A DNA stretch of 64,000 nt from an uncultured delta proteobacterium. GTDB lineage: Bacteria; Myxococcota; Myxococcia; Myxococcales; Anaeromyxobacteraceae. Location of the stretch: contig CAWHDZ010000040.1 of NCBI GenBank assembly GCA_963828255.1, positions 160,001 to 224,000 of the forward strand, read 5' to 3'. Within the stretch, counting starts at the first letter, position 1. Every line of letters begins with the position of its first letter. This document shows positions 1-16,676 of the stretch, one piece after another. Position numbers and translations under genes: made by a program. The notes under the pieces are model-generated. The model worked only from the letters and a program-made list of their open reading frames with translations, had not been told where the DNA came from and did not search any database.

Positions 1-1214
1 TCGACCTGGCCACCGCCTTCGAGGCGGTGGGCATGCGGGCCCAGGGCAAGATGACCGACGCGGAGCTCTACGAGATAGAGTGCAAGGCCTGCCCGGGCGC
101 CGGCTCCTGCTCGGGCATGTTCACCGCCAACTCGATGAACGTGCTCTGCGAGGCCATGGGGATCGCGCTCCCGGGCAACGGCACGGCCGTGGCGCTCTCG
201 CCCGAGCGGGAGGCGCTGCTCCGGCGGGCGGCCCGGCGCGCCGTGGAGATCGCCGGCGACGATCGGTTCCGCATGCGCCGCATCGTGAACGAGGACGCCA
301 TCTGGAACGCGCTGGTGGTGGACATGGCCATGGGGGGCAGCTCCAACACCGTGCTCCACATGCTGGCCATCGCGGCCGAGGCGGGCGTGCCGCTCGACCT
401 GGGCACCATCGACCGGATCGGCCGCCAGGTGGCCCACGTGGCCAAGATCGCCCCGTCCCTCTCCACCGTGCACATCGAGGACGTGGGGCGGGCCGGCGGC
501 GTGTCGGCGGTCCTCCACGAGGTGGCCCGGCGGGGCGACGTGGTCCGCAAGCGCGCGCTCACCGTCACGGGGGAGACCATCGGCGAGCGCATCCGCGAGG
601 CCGAGGCCACCGACCGGAACGTCATCCGCTCCATCGACGACCCCTACTCGGCGGTCGGGGGCATCGCCGTCCTGCACGGAAACCTGGCCGCCGAGGGCGC
701 GGTGGTGAAGACGGCCGGCATCGCCCCCGGCCTGCGGCGGATGGCCGGGAAGGCCCTCTGCTTCGACTCCCAGGACGACGCCATCGCCGGGATCATGGCC
801 GGAAAGGTGCAGGCCGGGCACATGGTGATCATCCGCTACGAGGGGCCGAAGGGTGGCCCGGGCATGCAGGAGATGCTCTCGCCCACCAGCCTCATCATGG
901 GCATGGGGCTCGGCGACAAGGTGGGGCTCGTCACCGACGGCCGGTTCTCCGGGGCCACGCGCGGCGTCTGCGTCGGGCACGTCTCGCCCGAGGCGGCCGA
1001 GGGGGGCGTCATCGCGCTCGTGCGGGACGGCGATGAGGTCGTGGTGGACATCGACGGCCGGAAGCTCGAGGTCCTGCTGACGCCGGAGGAGCTCGACCGG
1101 CGCCGTGCGGTGCTCCGCCCCCGCAAGAGGGACGTTCCGTCGAAGTGGCTGCGCCGCTATGCGGCCATGGTGGAGAACGCCTCCAAGGGGGCGGTGCTGC
1201 GCAGCGAGTTCTAG
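1..1214 (+). CDS. ilvD: Dihydroxy-acid dehydratase (5' end outside window)
   Basis: Motifs [59 protein letters not shown]; frame open to the window edge; stop at 1212-1214. Confidence 0.95.
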   Translation, partial: DLATAFEAVGMRAQGKMTDAELYEIECKACPGAGSCSGMFTANSMNVLCEAMGIALPGNGTAVALSPEREALLRRAARRAVEIAGDDRFRMRRIVNEDAIWNALVVDMAMGGSSNTVLHMLAIAAEAGVPLDLGTIDRIGRQVAHVAKIAPSLSTVHIEDVGRAGGVSAVLHEVARRGDVVRKRALTVTGETIGERIREAEATDRNVIRSIDDPYSAVGGIAVLHGNLAAEGAVVKTAGIAPGLRRMAGKALCFDSQDDAIAGIMAGKVQAGHMVIIRYEGPKGGPGMQEMLSPTSLIMGMGLGDKVGLVTDGRFSGATRGVCVGHVSPEAAEGGVIALVRDGDEVVVDIDGRKLEVLLTPEELDRRRAVLRPRKRDVPSKWLRRYAAMVENASKGAVLRSEF

Positions 1215-1230
1215 TCCCGGGGGTGGAGCC

Positions 1231-1479
1231 ATGGAGATCTCCGAAGGCCGGGCGGAGCAGTTCGAGGCGGAGATCCGGCGTCGAATCAGCCTCCATCTGG
1301 AAAACGTCCGGGACACCGCGCCCGACGGTCCCGCCCTGGGCCTCGAGGACATCCGAGCCCTGGAGCAGGGCTTCGCCTGGGAGGTCCTCCACGAGCCGGG
1401 GTGGGAGGATGTCCAGTCGATCTGGAAGGGCGAAGGGGTCTACGAGGAGTTCGAGGAGATGCTCGGGTCTCGCTCGTAG
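1231..1479 (+). CDS. Small acidic hypothetical protein (82 aa, MEISEGRAEQFEAEIRRR...)
   Basis: ATG at 1231 preceded by GGAG, 16 nt after the ilvD stop; host-like codon usage. Confidence 0.65.
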   Translation: MEISEGRAEQFEAEIRRRISLHLENVRDTAPDGPALGLEDIRALEQGFAWEVLHEPGWEDVQSIWKGEGVYEEFEEMLGSRS

Positions 1480-1774
1480 CTGGCGAGGACGACCCCTCGG
1501 GCGCACGCAAGGCCGGAGTCGATTTCACGGGCCGTCCGTTCCGCGGACCGTCGGCCAGATGGGGCGTGCGGGAACGCTCTATTGACAGGGTTTCCGTTGG
1601 ATTCGCTTCCCGTGAAGTGGTCGCCGCGGGAATGCCCCTGTCGCTTCGCCAGCGCCCCGTGCACGCGCCTCCGGAACTCCTGGCGAGGTTCGAGATCTCC
1701 CGGTGAAAGGACGCGGGGGCGAGGATCCTCGTGCGTTCCAGAGGGCCCGGAAATCCCGTGAGACACTGCCTTTC

Positions 1775-8645
<6,871 letters not shown>

Positions 8646-8732
8646 GGAAGAGGTACTCTACGATCGAACGGCGATGTGCGCCCGATCGACGGCGGGTCGA
8701 CAGGGGAGGGCGGCCCGTGGTTCATTCGGACG

Positions 8733-9473
8733 GTGGAGGTACCCCGGCTCACCGAGCCCTTCGAGGCGCGCAGCTACGCGGTGGACGCCTTTGGACTGCT
8801 CACCGCGCCTGCGCTCTCCGGCTGGCTCCAGGAGGCGGCAGGGCGCCACGCCGACCGGCTGGGAGTGGGGGTCGAGCCGCTCCAGGCCCGTGGCCTCACC
8901 TGGGTGCTGGCCCGCCAGGCGGTGGTGGTCGATCGGCCGGTCGCGCTCGGGGAGCGGGCCGAGGTGGTCACCTGGCCGAGCGGGGCCGACCGGCTCTCCG
9001 CGCTCCGGGACTTCGAGGTCCGGGTCGATGGCGAGACGCGCGCGCGGGCGGTGACCCAGTGGATCGTCCTCGACCTCGCAACCCGGAAGCCGGTGCGCCC
9101 GGGATCGGTCCTGCCGCTCGAACTGGTCGAGAAGATGGATCACGTCCTGCCTCTCCCCGGCGGTCGCCCGGCCATCCCCGACCCGGTCGAGGTGGAACGC
9201 CCCTTCACCACCCGGTACCGCGACATCGACCGGAATCGCCACGTCACCAACGCCACCTACGTCGAGTGGGCCTGCGAGGCCATCCCGGAGGCGGTCTGGC
9301 GATCCCGGCGGCTCCGTTCGTTCGAGGCCTTCTTCATCGCCGAGTGCCTGCACGGCAGCCGCATCCTCTCCCGCTCGTCGGCCGTGGGGGACGGCCTCTT
9401 CGTCCACTCGGTGGTGCGGGAGGAGGACCAGAAGGAACTGGCGCGGCTGCGGACCTCCTGGGTGGATCGCTAG
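8733..9473 (+). CDS. Acyl-ACP thioesterase (FatA/FatB-type double hotdog)
   Basis: RSYAVDAFG, LQEAAGRHA, TWVLAR and the catalytic RYRDIDRNRHVTNATYVEW motif; GTG start at 8733 inferred from the tail of the 3993..9473 ORF. Confidence 0.85.
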   Translation: MEVPRLTEPFEARSYAVDAFGLLTAPALSGWLQEAAGRHADRLGVGVEPLQARGLTWVLARQAVVVDRPVALGERAEVVTWPSGADRLSALRDFEVRVDGETRARAVTQWIVLDLATRKPVRPGSVLPLELVEKMDHVLPLPGGRPAIPDPVEVERPFTTRYRDIDRNRHVTNATYVEWACEAIPEAVWRSRRLRSFEAFFIAECLHGSRILSRSSAVGDGLFVHSVVREEDQKELARLRTSWVDR

Positions 9474-9572
9474 CTCCGTCCCCCCCTTGCACCGGGGAGC
9501 GTCCTCCCTCATTCTCAGCGGTTCGACGTCGCAGGGGACCCGAAAGCGGGATCGGGCGGAGGAAGGCGGGAG

Positions 9573-11489
9573 ATGGCCACGACGGGGAGGTCGAAGCCGA
9601 AGAAGGGCAAGCCGCCGGCGAAGGCGAAGCGGGGGTCCAGGCCCCCGTCGAAACCCGCTCCCAGGCCGAAACCGGCGCCGAAGCCGGCGTCGAAACCGGC
9701 GCCCAAGGCCCCCGCGCAGCGCCCCCGGCTTCCCTCCGGTACCCCCGCGCCTGCGCCGAAGCCGCGCCCCCTGCATCCCCCGGTCGGGCCCCAGAGGCTC
9801 ACGCTCCCTCCGTCGCTGGCGCGGGAGGTGAAGGGCACCGTCGCCGAATGGGTGGCGGGGGAGAAGATGGCTCGTCTCTGGCGAGGGGACTCGACCCTCT
9901 GGACAGGCAGGGACGAGGACCGCTGGGTGGGCTGGCTGCGGCTCGTCGAGCAGCAGCGCGCCCGCCGCGAGGAGTTCGGCAGGGTCTCCGAGGACGTGCG
10001 CCTGGCCGGCTTCGCCCACGCGGTCGTGCTGGGCATGGGCGGCTCGAGCCTCTGCCCCGACGTCTTCGCCCGCACCTTCGGCCGCGTGCCGGGCCACCCG
10101 GTGCTCCACGTCCTCGACTCCACCGTGCCCGCGCAGATCCGCTCGCTCGAGCGGGAGATCGACCTGCGCCGGACGCTCTTCATCGTGGCGTCCAAGTCGG
10201 GGACCACCATCGAGCCGGCCGCGCTCCTCGCCCACTTCCTCGACCGGACCCGGAGCCTCCTGGGAGGCCAGGCCGAGAGCCGCTTCGTGGCCATCACCGA
10301 CCCGGGAACGGACCTGGAAAGGCAGGCCCAGCGCGAGGGCTTCCGAAAGGTCTTCCACGGGCTCCCCAACGTGGGCGGCCGCTTCTCCGCGCTCTCCCAC
10401 TTCGGCATGGTCCCGGCCGCTGCAATGGGGGTGAGCGTGCCGCGCCTGCTCGACCGTGCGCTCGTCATGGCCGACGCCTGCGCAGCCGATCGTCCCGGCG
10501 ACGACAACCCCGGGCTCGTCCTGGGGGTCGTGCTGGGCGCGGCAGCCCGCGACGGCGTGGACAAGCTCACCCTGGTGGCCTCGCCGGGGATCGCCGGCCT
10601 GGCGGACTGGATCGAGCAGCTGGTGGCCGAGTCGCTGGGGAAGCACGGGAAGGGGGTCGTGCCGGTGGTCGGCGAGCCGGTCGGAGCGCCCCGGGCCGGC
10701 GGGGAGGATCGACTCCACGTGTACGTGCGGCTCTCCTTCGCGCCGTCGGAGGAGCAGGACCGGGCCGTCGCCGCGCTGGAGCGGGCCGGGGCTCCGGTGG
10801 TCCGCATCGACCTCTCCGACCCCTCCGACATCGGCCAGGAGTTCTTCCGCTGGGAGATCGCCACCGCCGTCGCCGGATCCATCCTGGGAGTGAACCCCTT
10901 CGACCAGCCCGACGTGGAGGCATCCAAGGTGGCGGCGCGCAAGGTGACGGCGGCGGTCGAGGAGACGGGGACGCTTCCGCCCGAGACGCCCGTCCTCCAG
11001 GGGAACGGGCTCCGCCTCTTCGCCGACCCGGAGAACGCCCACGCTCTCGCAGACGCCGCGCGCGAGTCCACGCCGGCCGGCTGGATCCGGGCCCATCTGG
11101 CCCGGCTCGGCAAGGGGGACTACCTGGCCTTGAACGCCTTCCTGGAGCAGAGCGCGCCGGTGACGGCGGCGCTCCAGGAGATCCGCGAGGCGGTTCGCGC
11201 CTCGGCCCACGTGGCCACCACGCTGGGGTTCGGCCCCCGCTTCCTCCACTCCACCGGTCAGCTCCACAAGGGCGGGCCGAAGAGCGGGCTCTTCCTCCAG
11301 CTCACCGCCGACGACGCCGAGCCGCTGCCCATCCCGGGGCGGCGATTCGGCTTCGGCGAGCTCTGCCGGGCCCAGGCCCGCGGCGACCAGGAGATCCTGG
11401 CCGCGCGGGGGCGGCGCATCCTCCGCGTGCACCTCGGCGCCGACGTGAAGGCGGGGCTCGCGGCGCTCCGCCGCGCCGTCGCCAGGTAG
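9573..11489 (+). CDS. pgi: Glucose-6-phosphate isomerase (Tal-Pgi-type Pgi domain) with Lys/Pro-rich N-terminal extension
   Basis: LGMGGSSL, VASKSGTTIE, AITDPG, VGGRFSALS, EQLVAESLGK, NPFDQPDVEASK, GFGPRFLHSTGQLHKGG. Confidence 0.85.
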   Translation: MATTGRSKPKKGKPPAKAKRGSRPPSKPAPRPKPAPKPASKPAPKAPAQRPRLPSGTPAPAPKPRPLHPPVGPQRLTLPPSLAREVKGTVAEWVAGEKMARLWRGDSTLWTGRDEDRWVGWLRLVEQQRARREEFGRVSEDVRLAGFAHAVVLGMGGSSLCPDVFARTFGRVPGHPVLHVLDSTVPAQIRSLEREIDLRRTLFIVASKSGTTIEPAALLAHFLDRTRSLLGGQAESRFVAITDPGTDLERQAQREGFRKVFHGLPNVGGRFSALSHFGMVPAAAMGVSVPRLLDRALVMADACAADRPGDDNPGLVLGVVLGAAARDGVDKLTLVASPGIAGLADWIEQLVAESLGKHGKGVVPVVGEPVGAPRAGGEDRLHVYVRLSFAPSEEQDRAVAALERAGAPVVRIDLSDPSDIGQEFFRWEIATAVAGSILGVNPFDQPDVEASKVAARKVTAAVEETGTLPPETPVLQGNGLRLFADPENAHALADAARESTPAGWIRAHLARLGKGDYLALNAFLEQSAPVTAALQEIREAVRASAHVATTLGFGPRFLHSTGQLHKGGPKSGLFLQLTADDAEPLPIPGRRFGFGELCRAQARGDQEILAARGRRILRVHLGADVKAGLAALRRAVAR

Positions 11490-11493
11490 GGCC

Positions 11494-12906
11494 TCAGGGC
11501 GAGAGCTGGGAGAGGATCTTCGGGTCCTTCTCGTCCACCGCGAGCAGGGAGTGGCAGAGGCCGCAGTCCTGCGAGATCCCCTTGCCGGACGGGTCAACGT
11601 GGTCGCCGTCGTGGCAACGGAAGCACCCCGGCGCCTGGTCGTGGCCGAGGAAGCTCGGGTAGGTGCCCCAGGTGATCTTCATCGAGGGCCAGACGTTCCA
11701 GGCGTGGATGTCGCCGAGCGCCCGTCCGGCCGCGCTCACCGCGCCCTCCCGGGCGGCGAAGGCGGCCGGATCGAGCTTCCGGTAGAAGTCGGTGATCCGC
11801 TTCTCGATCCCGGCCCGTGCCGCCGCGTGGTCGGGGTAGGTCGCCTGGATGGCCGCGAGCCCCTCGCGCTTGATCCAGGGGAGCGCGACGTCGATCCGGT
11901 GGGCCTGGATGGCCTCGTCGATCTCGGGTCCCGGCTCGCGAAAGCGGTGGGTGGGGCGGTTGTGGCAGTCCACGCAGTCCATGGTGCGCCAGGCCCCGGC
12001 GGGCGGAAGGGTGGCCGGGGAGTCCTTGGTCCGGAAGAGCACGGTCTTCCCGTCGGCCCAGGTTGCCTCGACGGTGGAGATGGCGTTCCGGTTCTCGTCG
12101 GACAGGTAACGGATGTGGACGCCCTGGGCGACGTGGGCGTGGATGCCCTTGATGGGGCCGGTGGCCGATTGCCCGCCGCCCACGTGGAGGAGGGCCACGG
12201 TCTTCTTCTCGGTGTTGTCCTGGTCCTCCGCGTAGTGGGTGGTGATGCGCAGCCGGTCGCCGGTGAACTTGGACGGCCAGTGACACTCCTCGCAGGTCTC
12301 CTGGGCAGGGCGGAGGTTGTGGATTGGGACCGGGACGGGGCGCTGGTAGAGGTCGAAGGTGACCGAGATGAGCTGCCAGGCCCCGGAGAGCTTCGACTTC
12401 ACGAACCAGCTGGCCCCCTCGCCGATGTGGCACTGCACGCAGCCGACGCGCGCGTGGGGCGAGCGCTGGTAGGCGGTGACCTCCGGATCCATGACCGAGT
12501 GGCAGGAGCCGCAGAATCCCACCGAGTCCATCACCTGGAGCCCCTTGTAGCCGGCCACCCCCAGGATGAGGACGTTCAGCGTGGTGAGCACGGCGAAGAT
12601 CAGGACCCGCCGTCGCGTCAGGTCGTCGTTGAGGTCGACGACGGGGAGGTGGGGGATCTCCTCGCCCCTCTCGGCGGCGAGGCGGGCACGCCGCCTCGCG
12701 AGCCAGCTCCCGAAGGGGATGAGCAGGAGCCCCAGCACGAAGAAGCCGGGGAGCACCAGGAAGGCGGCGATGCCGATGTACGGGCTCCCCACGAATCCCT
12801 GGATGGCCGCCGCGGCAAGTCCGACGATGAGAACGCCGGAGACCGTGGTGAGGGCGGCGCCGAGGATGCCGATGGTGGTCGTGGGGATACCGGGCGAGTG
12901 CTTCAC
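11494..12906 (-). CDS. NapC/NirT-family membrane multiheme cytochrome c (6 CXXCH)
   Basis: Three N-terminal hydrophobic segments; CGSCH, CVQCH, CEECH, CVDCH, CFRCH, CGLCH; GTG 12906 with GGAGG RBS. Confidence 0.9.
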   Translation of the reverse strand: MKHSPGIPTTTIGILGAALTTVSGVLIVGLAAAAIQGFVGSPYIGIAAFLVLPGFFVLGLLLIPFGSWLARRRARLAAERGEEIPHLPVVDLNDDLTRRRVLIFAVLTTLNVLILGVAGYKGLQVMDSVGFCGSCHSVMDPEVTAYQRSPHARVGCVQCHIGEGASWFVKSKLSGAWQLISVTFDLYQRPVPVPIHNLRPAQETCEECHWPSKFTGDRLRITTHYAEDQDNTEKKTVALLHVGGGQSATGPIKGIHAHVAQGVHIRYLSDENRNAISTVEATWADGKTVLFRTKDSPATLPPAGAWRTMDCVDCHNRPTHRFREPGPEIDEAIQAHRIDVALPWIKREGLAAIQATYPDHAAARAGIEKRITDFYRKLDPAAFAAREGAVSAAGRALGDIHAWNVWPSMKITWGTYPSFLGHDQAPGCFRCHDGDHVDPSGKGISQDCGLCHSLLAVDEKDPKILSQLSP

Positions 12907-13024
12907 GGAGCCTCCGGTGACGAAACGGTCGCGCCGAGTGTTGCACGGCTCGGAAGGGATGTGTCGGAACGGATGGGGCGCGGGGTAGCATGGCGTCCCA
13001 CCCGTTGGGGGATTGGAGGCGGAC

Positions 13025-14050
13025 ATGGTCGCGGGTCACGACGTGCTGGTGGTCGGCGCCGGCGTCTCCGGACTCTCCTGCGCAAGGGCCGCAGCCGCGG
13101 CGGGCCGCGACGTCCTGCTCCTCGACCGGGCGCGCGGCGTGGGAGGGCGCTGCGCCACCCACCGACTCCTCGGGATGCCCTTCGACCTCGGGGTCTCCTT
13201 CCTTCACGGCCGGGACCCGGACTACCTGGCGGCCGTCCGCGCCGCCTGTCCCCGACGGATCGAGGGCTGGCCGCGCCGCGTCCGGGGGACGGGGCGGCCC
13301 TGCCAGCCGGAGGCCTTCCGCGCCGGGGAAGAGCGCATCGCCGTGGTCGACGGGGTGACGAGGTTTCCCCGGGAGCTGGCGTCCGGGCTGCCGGTCCGCA
13401 CCGGCGCACGGGTGGAGTCGCTCGACCTCTCGGGACCGCTGCCTGCGGCGCTCCTCGAGGGGGGGGAGGCCGTCCGGGCCAGGCACCTCGTCCTCGCGCT
13501 CGCCCCGGAGCAGGTGCTCCGGCTGCTCGACGGGACGCCCGGGCTGCCCCGGTCGCTCTCCGCCATCCGGGCCGTCCTCGAGACCTCGGCGAGCGAGCCC
13601 TCGCTGTCCCTCTGCGCCGCGTACCCGGAGGGAACGCCGTTTCCGGAGTGGGACGCCTGGTATCCCGAGGACTCCCGCGCGCTGCAGTACCTGGGGAACG
13701 AGTCGGGTAAGCGGGAGGCCGCGCCCTTCGTGGGGCTGGTGATCCAGGCGCAGCCCTCCTGGGCGCGCCGGCGCCTCGACGACCCCGACTGGCCCGCCGC
13801 CCTGCTCGCCGAGGCGGCGCGCGTCGCCGGCGACTGGGCCGGCCGGCCGTCCTCGACCCACGCCCACCGGTGGAGGTACGCCCGGTCCGACCTCGCCTCC
13901 GAGCTGGCCGGCCCGGTCCTGGTCAGGCTGCCGTCCGGGGGATCGGTGGGGATCTGCGGGGATCGGTTCGCGCCGGGTGGCGGCGTGGAGGCGGCCTGGA
14001 TATCCGGTAGGGAGCTCGGGCGGCGTCTCGCCGCCCCGGAGGTGGCATGA
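13025..14050 (+). CDS. FAD/NAD(P)-dependent oxidoreductase (renalase-like)
   Basis: VLVVGAGVSG dinucleotide fold, GVGGRCAT, FDLGVSF, HRWRYA, CGD...GVEAAWISG. Confidence 0.85.
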   Translation: MVAGHDVLVVGAGVSGLSCARAAAAAGRDVLLLDRARGVGGRCATHRLLGMPFDLGVSFLHGRDPDYLAAVRAACPRRIEGWPRRVRGTGRPCQPEAFRAGEERIAVVDGVTRFPRELASGLPVRTGARVESLDLSGPLPAALLEGGEAVRARHLVLALAPEQVLRLLDGTPGLPRSLSAIRAVLETSASEPSLSLCAAYPEGTPFPEWDAWYPEDSRALQYLGNESGKREAAPFVGLVIQAQPSWARRRLDDPDWPAALLAEAARVAGDWAGRPSSTHAHRWRYARSDLASELAGPVLVRLPSGGSVGICGDRFAPGGGVEAAWISGRELGRRLAAPEVA

Positions 14051-14775
14051 GCCAGGGGAAGGATGCGCTGCGCGGCCTGGTGGCGCGCGACCGGGATCAC
14101 GAGTGCGATGGGTTCGGCCCGGCGCGGGTCTGCGTCCGGGTGGTGGCGGTGGCCGAGCTCCCCACGCGCTTCGGCCACTTCCGCCTGGTCGGGTTCTGGA
14201 ACAACCGGGACGGCAAGGAGCACGTGGCCATGGTGCACGGCGACGTGGTCGGCGATGCCGATGTCGCGGTCCGGCTCCACTCGGAGTGCCTGACGGGCGA
14301 CGTGATGGGATCCCTGCGCTGCGACTGCCGCGACCAGCTCACCGAGGGGCTTCGGGCCATCCAGCGGGAGGGGAGTGGCATCCTGCTCTATTTGCGCCAG
14401 GAGGGGAGGGGCATCGGGCTGCTCAACAAGATCCGGGCCTACGCGCTCCAGGAACAGGGGCTCGACACGGTGGAGGCCAACCAGGCCCTGGGGTTCCGGG
14501 ACGACGAGCGGGACTACGCCGTCGCCGCCCACATGCTGCGCAGCCTGGGAGTGAAGTCGGTCCGGGTGGTGACCAACAACCCCGACAAGATCCGGCAGCT
14601 GTCCCAGCACGGGATCGAGGTCTCGGGGCGCATCCCCCACGTCATCCCGCCCAACGAGTTCAACCGCTTCTACCTGGAGACCAAGGCGCGCCGCTCCGGC
14701 CACATGATCGACCTCGCCGAGGAGCGCCTGCCCGAGCAGAGCGACCCGGTGCTGGTCGAGGGCATGCCGCGGTAG
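14047..14775 (+). CDS. ribA: GTP cyclohydrolase II
   Basis: VRLHSECLTGD, SLRCDCRDQL, YLRQEGRGIGLLNKIRAY, DTVEAN, TNNPDK; ATGA overlap with the upstream gene. Confidence 0.95.
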   Translation: MSQGKDALRGLVARDRDHECDGFGPARVCVRVVAVAELPTRFGHFRLVGFWNNRDGKEHVAMVHGDVVGDADVAVRLHSECLTGDVMGSLRCDCRDQLTEGLRAIQREGSGILLYLRQEGRGIGLLNKIRAYALQEQGLDTVEANQALGFRDDERDYAVAAHMLRSLGVKSVRVVTNNPDKIRQLSQHGIEVSGRIPHVIPPNEFNRFYLETKARRSGHMIDLAEERLPEQSDPVLVEGMPR

Positions 14776-14793
14776 GCGGAGAGGGAGGCCCAC

Positions 14794-15660
14794 GTGCACG
14801 TCCTCGTCGCCGGTGCGGGCTGGCTCGGCTCGGCGCTCTCCCGGGCGCTGGCCGCGGGAGGCCACCGGGTCACAGCCCTGCGGCGCGATCCGGCCCGCGC
14901 CGCCGCGCTCGCCTCGCCGGGAGTCACGCCGCTCGCGCTCGATCTCTGCGGCGCGGGGGCGGTGGAGCGGCTCCCTCGGGACCTCGATGCGGTGGTGGCG
15001 TGCCAGTCCGCCGGCGCCGATGGCCCGGAGGCCTACCGGCGGGCCTACCTGGACGCCACGGCCGCCCTGGTCGAGGGGCTGCGGAGGGCCGGCCGCCCGG
15101 CCGCGCTCGTCTACACCGGGTCCACGGGGGTCTTCGGCCAGCGGGACGGGAGCGACGTGGACGAGGAGACCGCTCCCGCACCGGCGAGCCCGACCGCCGA
15201 GGTGCTGGTCGAGGCGGAACGGCTCGTCACCGGTGCCGGGGCCGGAGTGCCGGGGCTCCGCGCCATGGTGCTGCGCCTCTCGGGGCTCTACGGCCCGGGC
15301 CGGAACTGGCCGGTCGAGCGGGTCCGGAGCGGCCACATCGCGATCGGGCCGGGAGACGGGGCGTGGCTCAACCTCTGTCACCTGGACGATGCGGTGGCCG
15401 CGGTGGTGGCTGCGGTCGAGCGCGGCGGCGGCGGGCGCGTGTACCACGCCACCGACGCCGAGCCGGTGCGGCGCCGCGACCTCGCGATCTGGGTGGCCGG
15501 GAGGCTCGAGATCCCTCCTCCGCGCCTCCCGGACGGCGCCCGCGCGCCGGGCCTCCCCGACCGGCGCATCCACGGCGAGCGGACCCGCGCCGAGCTGGGG
15601 CTCACGCTGGCCCACCCGACCTTCCGGGAAGGGCTCGCGATCGGCCTCTCGGGGTCCTAG
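14794..15660 (+). CDS. NAD-dependent epimerase/dehydratase (extended SDR, YeeZ-like)
   Basis: VLVAGAGWLG, YTGSTGVFG, LRLSGLYGPGR, NLCHLDD, HPTFREG. Confidence 0.85.
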   Translation: MHVLVAGAGWLGSALSRALAAGGHRVTALRRDPARAAALASPGVTPLALDLCGAGAVERLPRDLDAVVACQSAGADGPEAYRRAYLDATAALVEGLRRAGRPAALVYTGSTGVFGQRDGSDVDEETAPAPASPTAEVLVEAERLVTGAGAGVPGLRAMVLRLSGLYGPGRNWPVERVRSGHIAIGPGDGAWLNLCHLDDAVAAVVAAVERGGGGRVYHATDAEPVRRRDLAIWVAGRLEIPPPRLPDGARAPGLPDRRIHGERTRAELGLTLAHPTFREGLAIGLSGS

Positions 15661-16517
15661 CCCGGATCGGGGCGGACGGGCAGGCTCTGCGCGGCGCCAC
15701 CCTCCCCGAAGACCCGGCGGAGCCCCCGGACCGCCATCGGCACCGAGGCAGCCAGCAGGGCTCCGGCCAGGAGGTCCACCGCGTAGTGGAGCGACAGGTA
15801 GACCGTGGCGAAGATGATGCCGACGACGGAGATGGCGAGCGGGATGCGGATCTTCCAGGTCGGGTAGAGCCGCCAGCCGTACCCCAGGTAGACGAGCGAG
15901 AGCGCGGTGTGGCCGCTCGGGAAGGCGTCGAGCTGGTTCACCTCGGCGGCCCGGAGGAAGTCCCGGACGCGTGCGCTGAAGGTGCCGCCGCCGAGGATCT
16001 GGAGCTCGAGCCCGTGCGGGATGCGGGGGCCGGTGGTGGGGAAGAAGAAGTAGCCGACGTAGGTGAGGAGCAGGGTGGTGATGAGCCCGAATCCCAGGTC
16101 GTCGAAGTCCTTCCAGCGTCCCTGCACCCAGAGGGCGATGCACATCCCGAAGGGGATGAAGTAGTAGCTCACGTAGAAGAGGGACGCTCCGTCGGTGAGC
16201 CAGTTCGGCCGGCCGAGCAAGTGGAACCAGGCCGGAACGAACGGTCCGAACCACCTCTCGTCGAGCGCCGCCATGGTGGCGTCGAAGCGCAAGGGGTTCA
16301 GCACGCCGATGAGCGGTCCGGCGACGTTGAAGAGCGTCACGACGATGGGCAGCGGCAGGAATGCGTGGGCCACCCGCCCGAGCTCGGATCGGCGCCCCCA
16401 CACCGCGGACCCCATCAACGCCAGCGCGAGGAGGGCGAGGAGCACCAGGAAGTGGGTCGGCTCCGGGTGGACCGTGGCCGCCACCAGCGCCAGGAAGGCG
16501 ATGAAGGCGAGCATCAT
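15657..16517 (-). CDS. PAP2/AUR1-like membrane phosphatase or phosphotransferase
   Basis: Multiple TM segments; YFFFPTTGPR, DAFPSGHT, ATVYLSLHYAVD motifs. Start uncertain (lies near the poly-C tract). Confidence 0.85.
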   Translation of the reverse strand: MMLAFIAFLALVAATVHPEPTHFLVLLALLALALMGSAVWGRRSELGRVAHAFLPLPIVVTLFNVAGPLIGVLNPLRFDATMAALDERWFGPFVPAWFHLLGRPNWLTDGASLFYVSYYFIPFGMCIALWVQGRWKDFDDLGFGLITTLLLTYVGYFFFPTTGPRIPHGLELQILGGGTFSARVRDFLRAAEVNQLDAFPSGHTALSLVYLGYGWRLYPTWKIRIPLAISVVGIIFATVYLSLHYAVDLLAGALLAASVPMAVRGLRRVFGEGGAAQSLPVRPDPG

Positions 16518-16590
16518 CTTGTCGAGCGGGGCGAACAAGGCGGCGCAGTCTACTCGATGGGGCCCCCGCGGGAGCAAGGAGGGGGTGCGG

Positions 16591-16612
16591 CCCCCCCCCC
16601 CCCCCCCCCCCC
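16591..16612. repeat. C22 homopolymer in a divergent intergenic region
   Basis: 22 consecutive C read directly from the sequence. Confidence 0.9.
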
Positions 16613-16676
16613 GGAGGGGGATTCCCCGGTCGAATCGATTGAAACGAATCGGCAAATTCGACAAGGGCAGGGGGCG

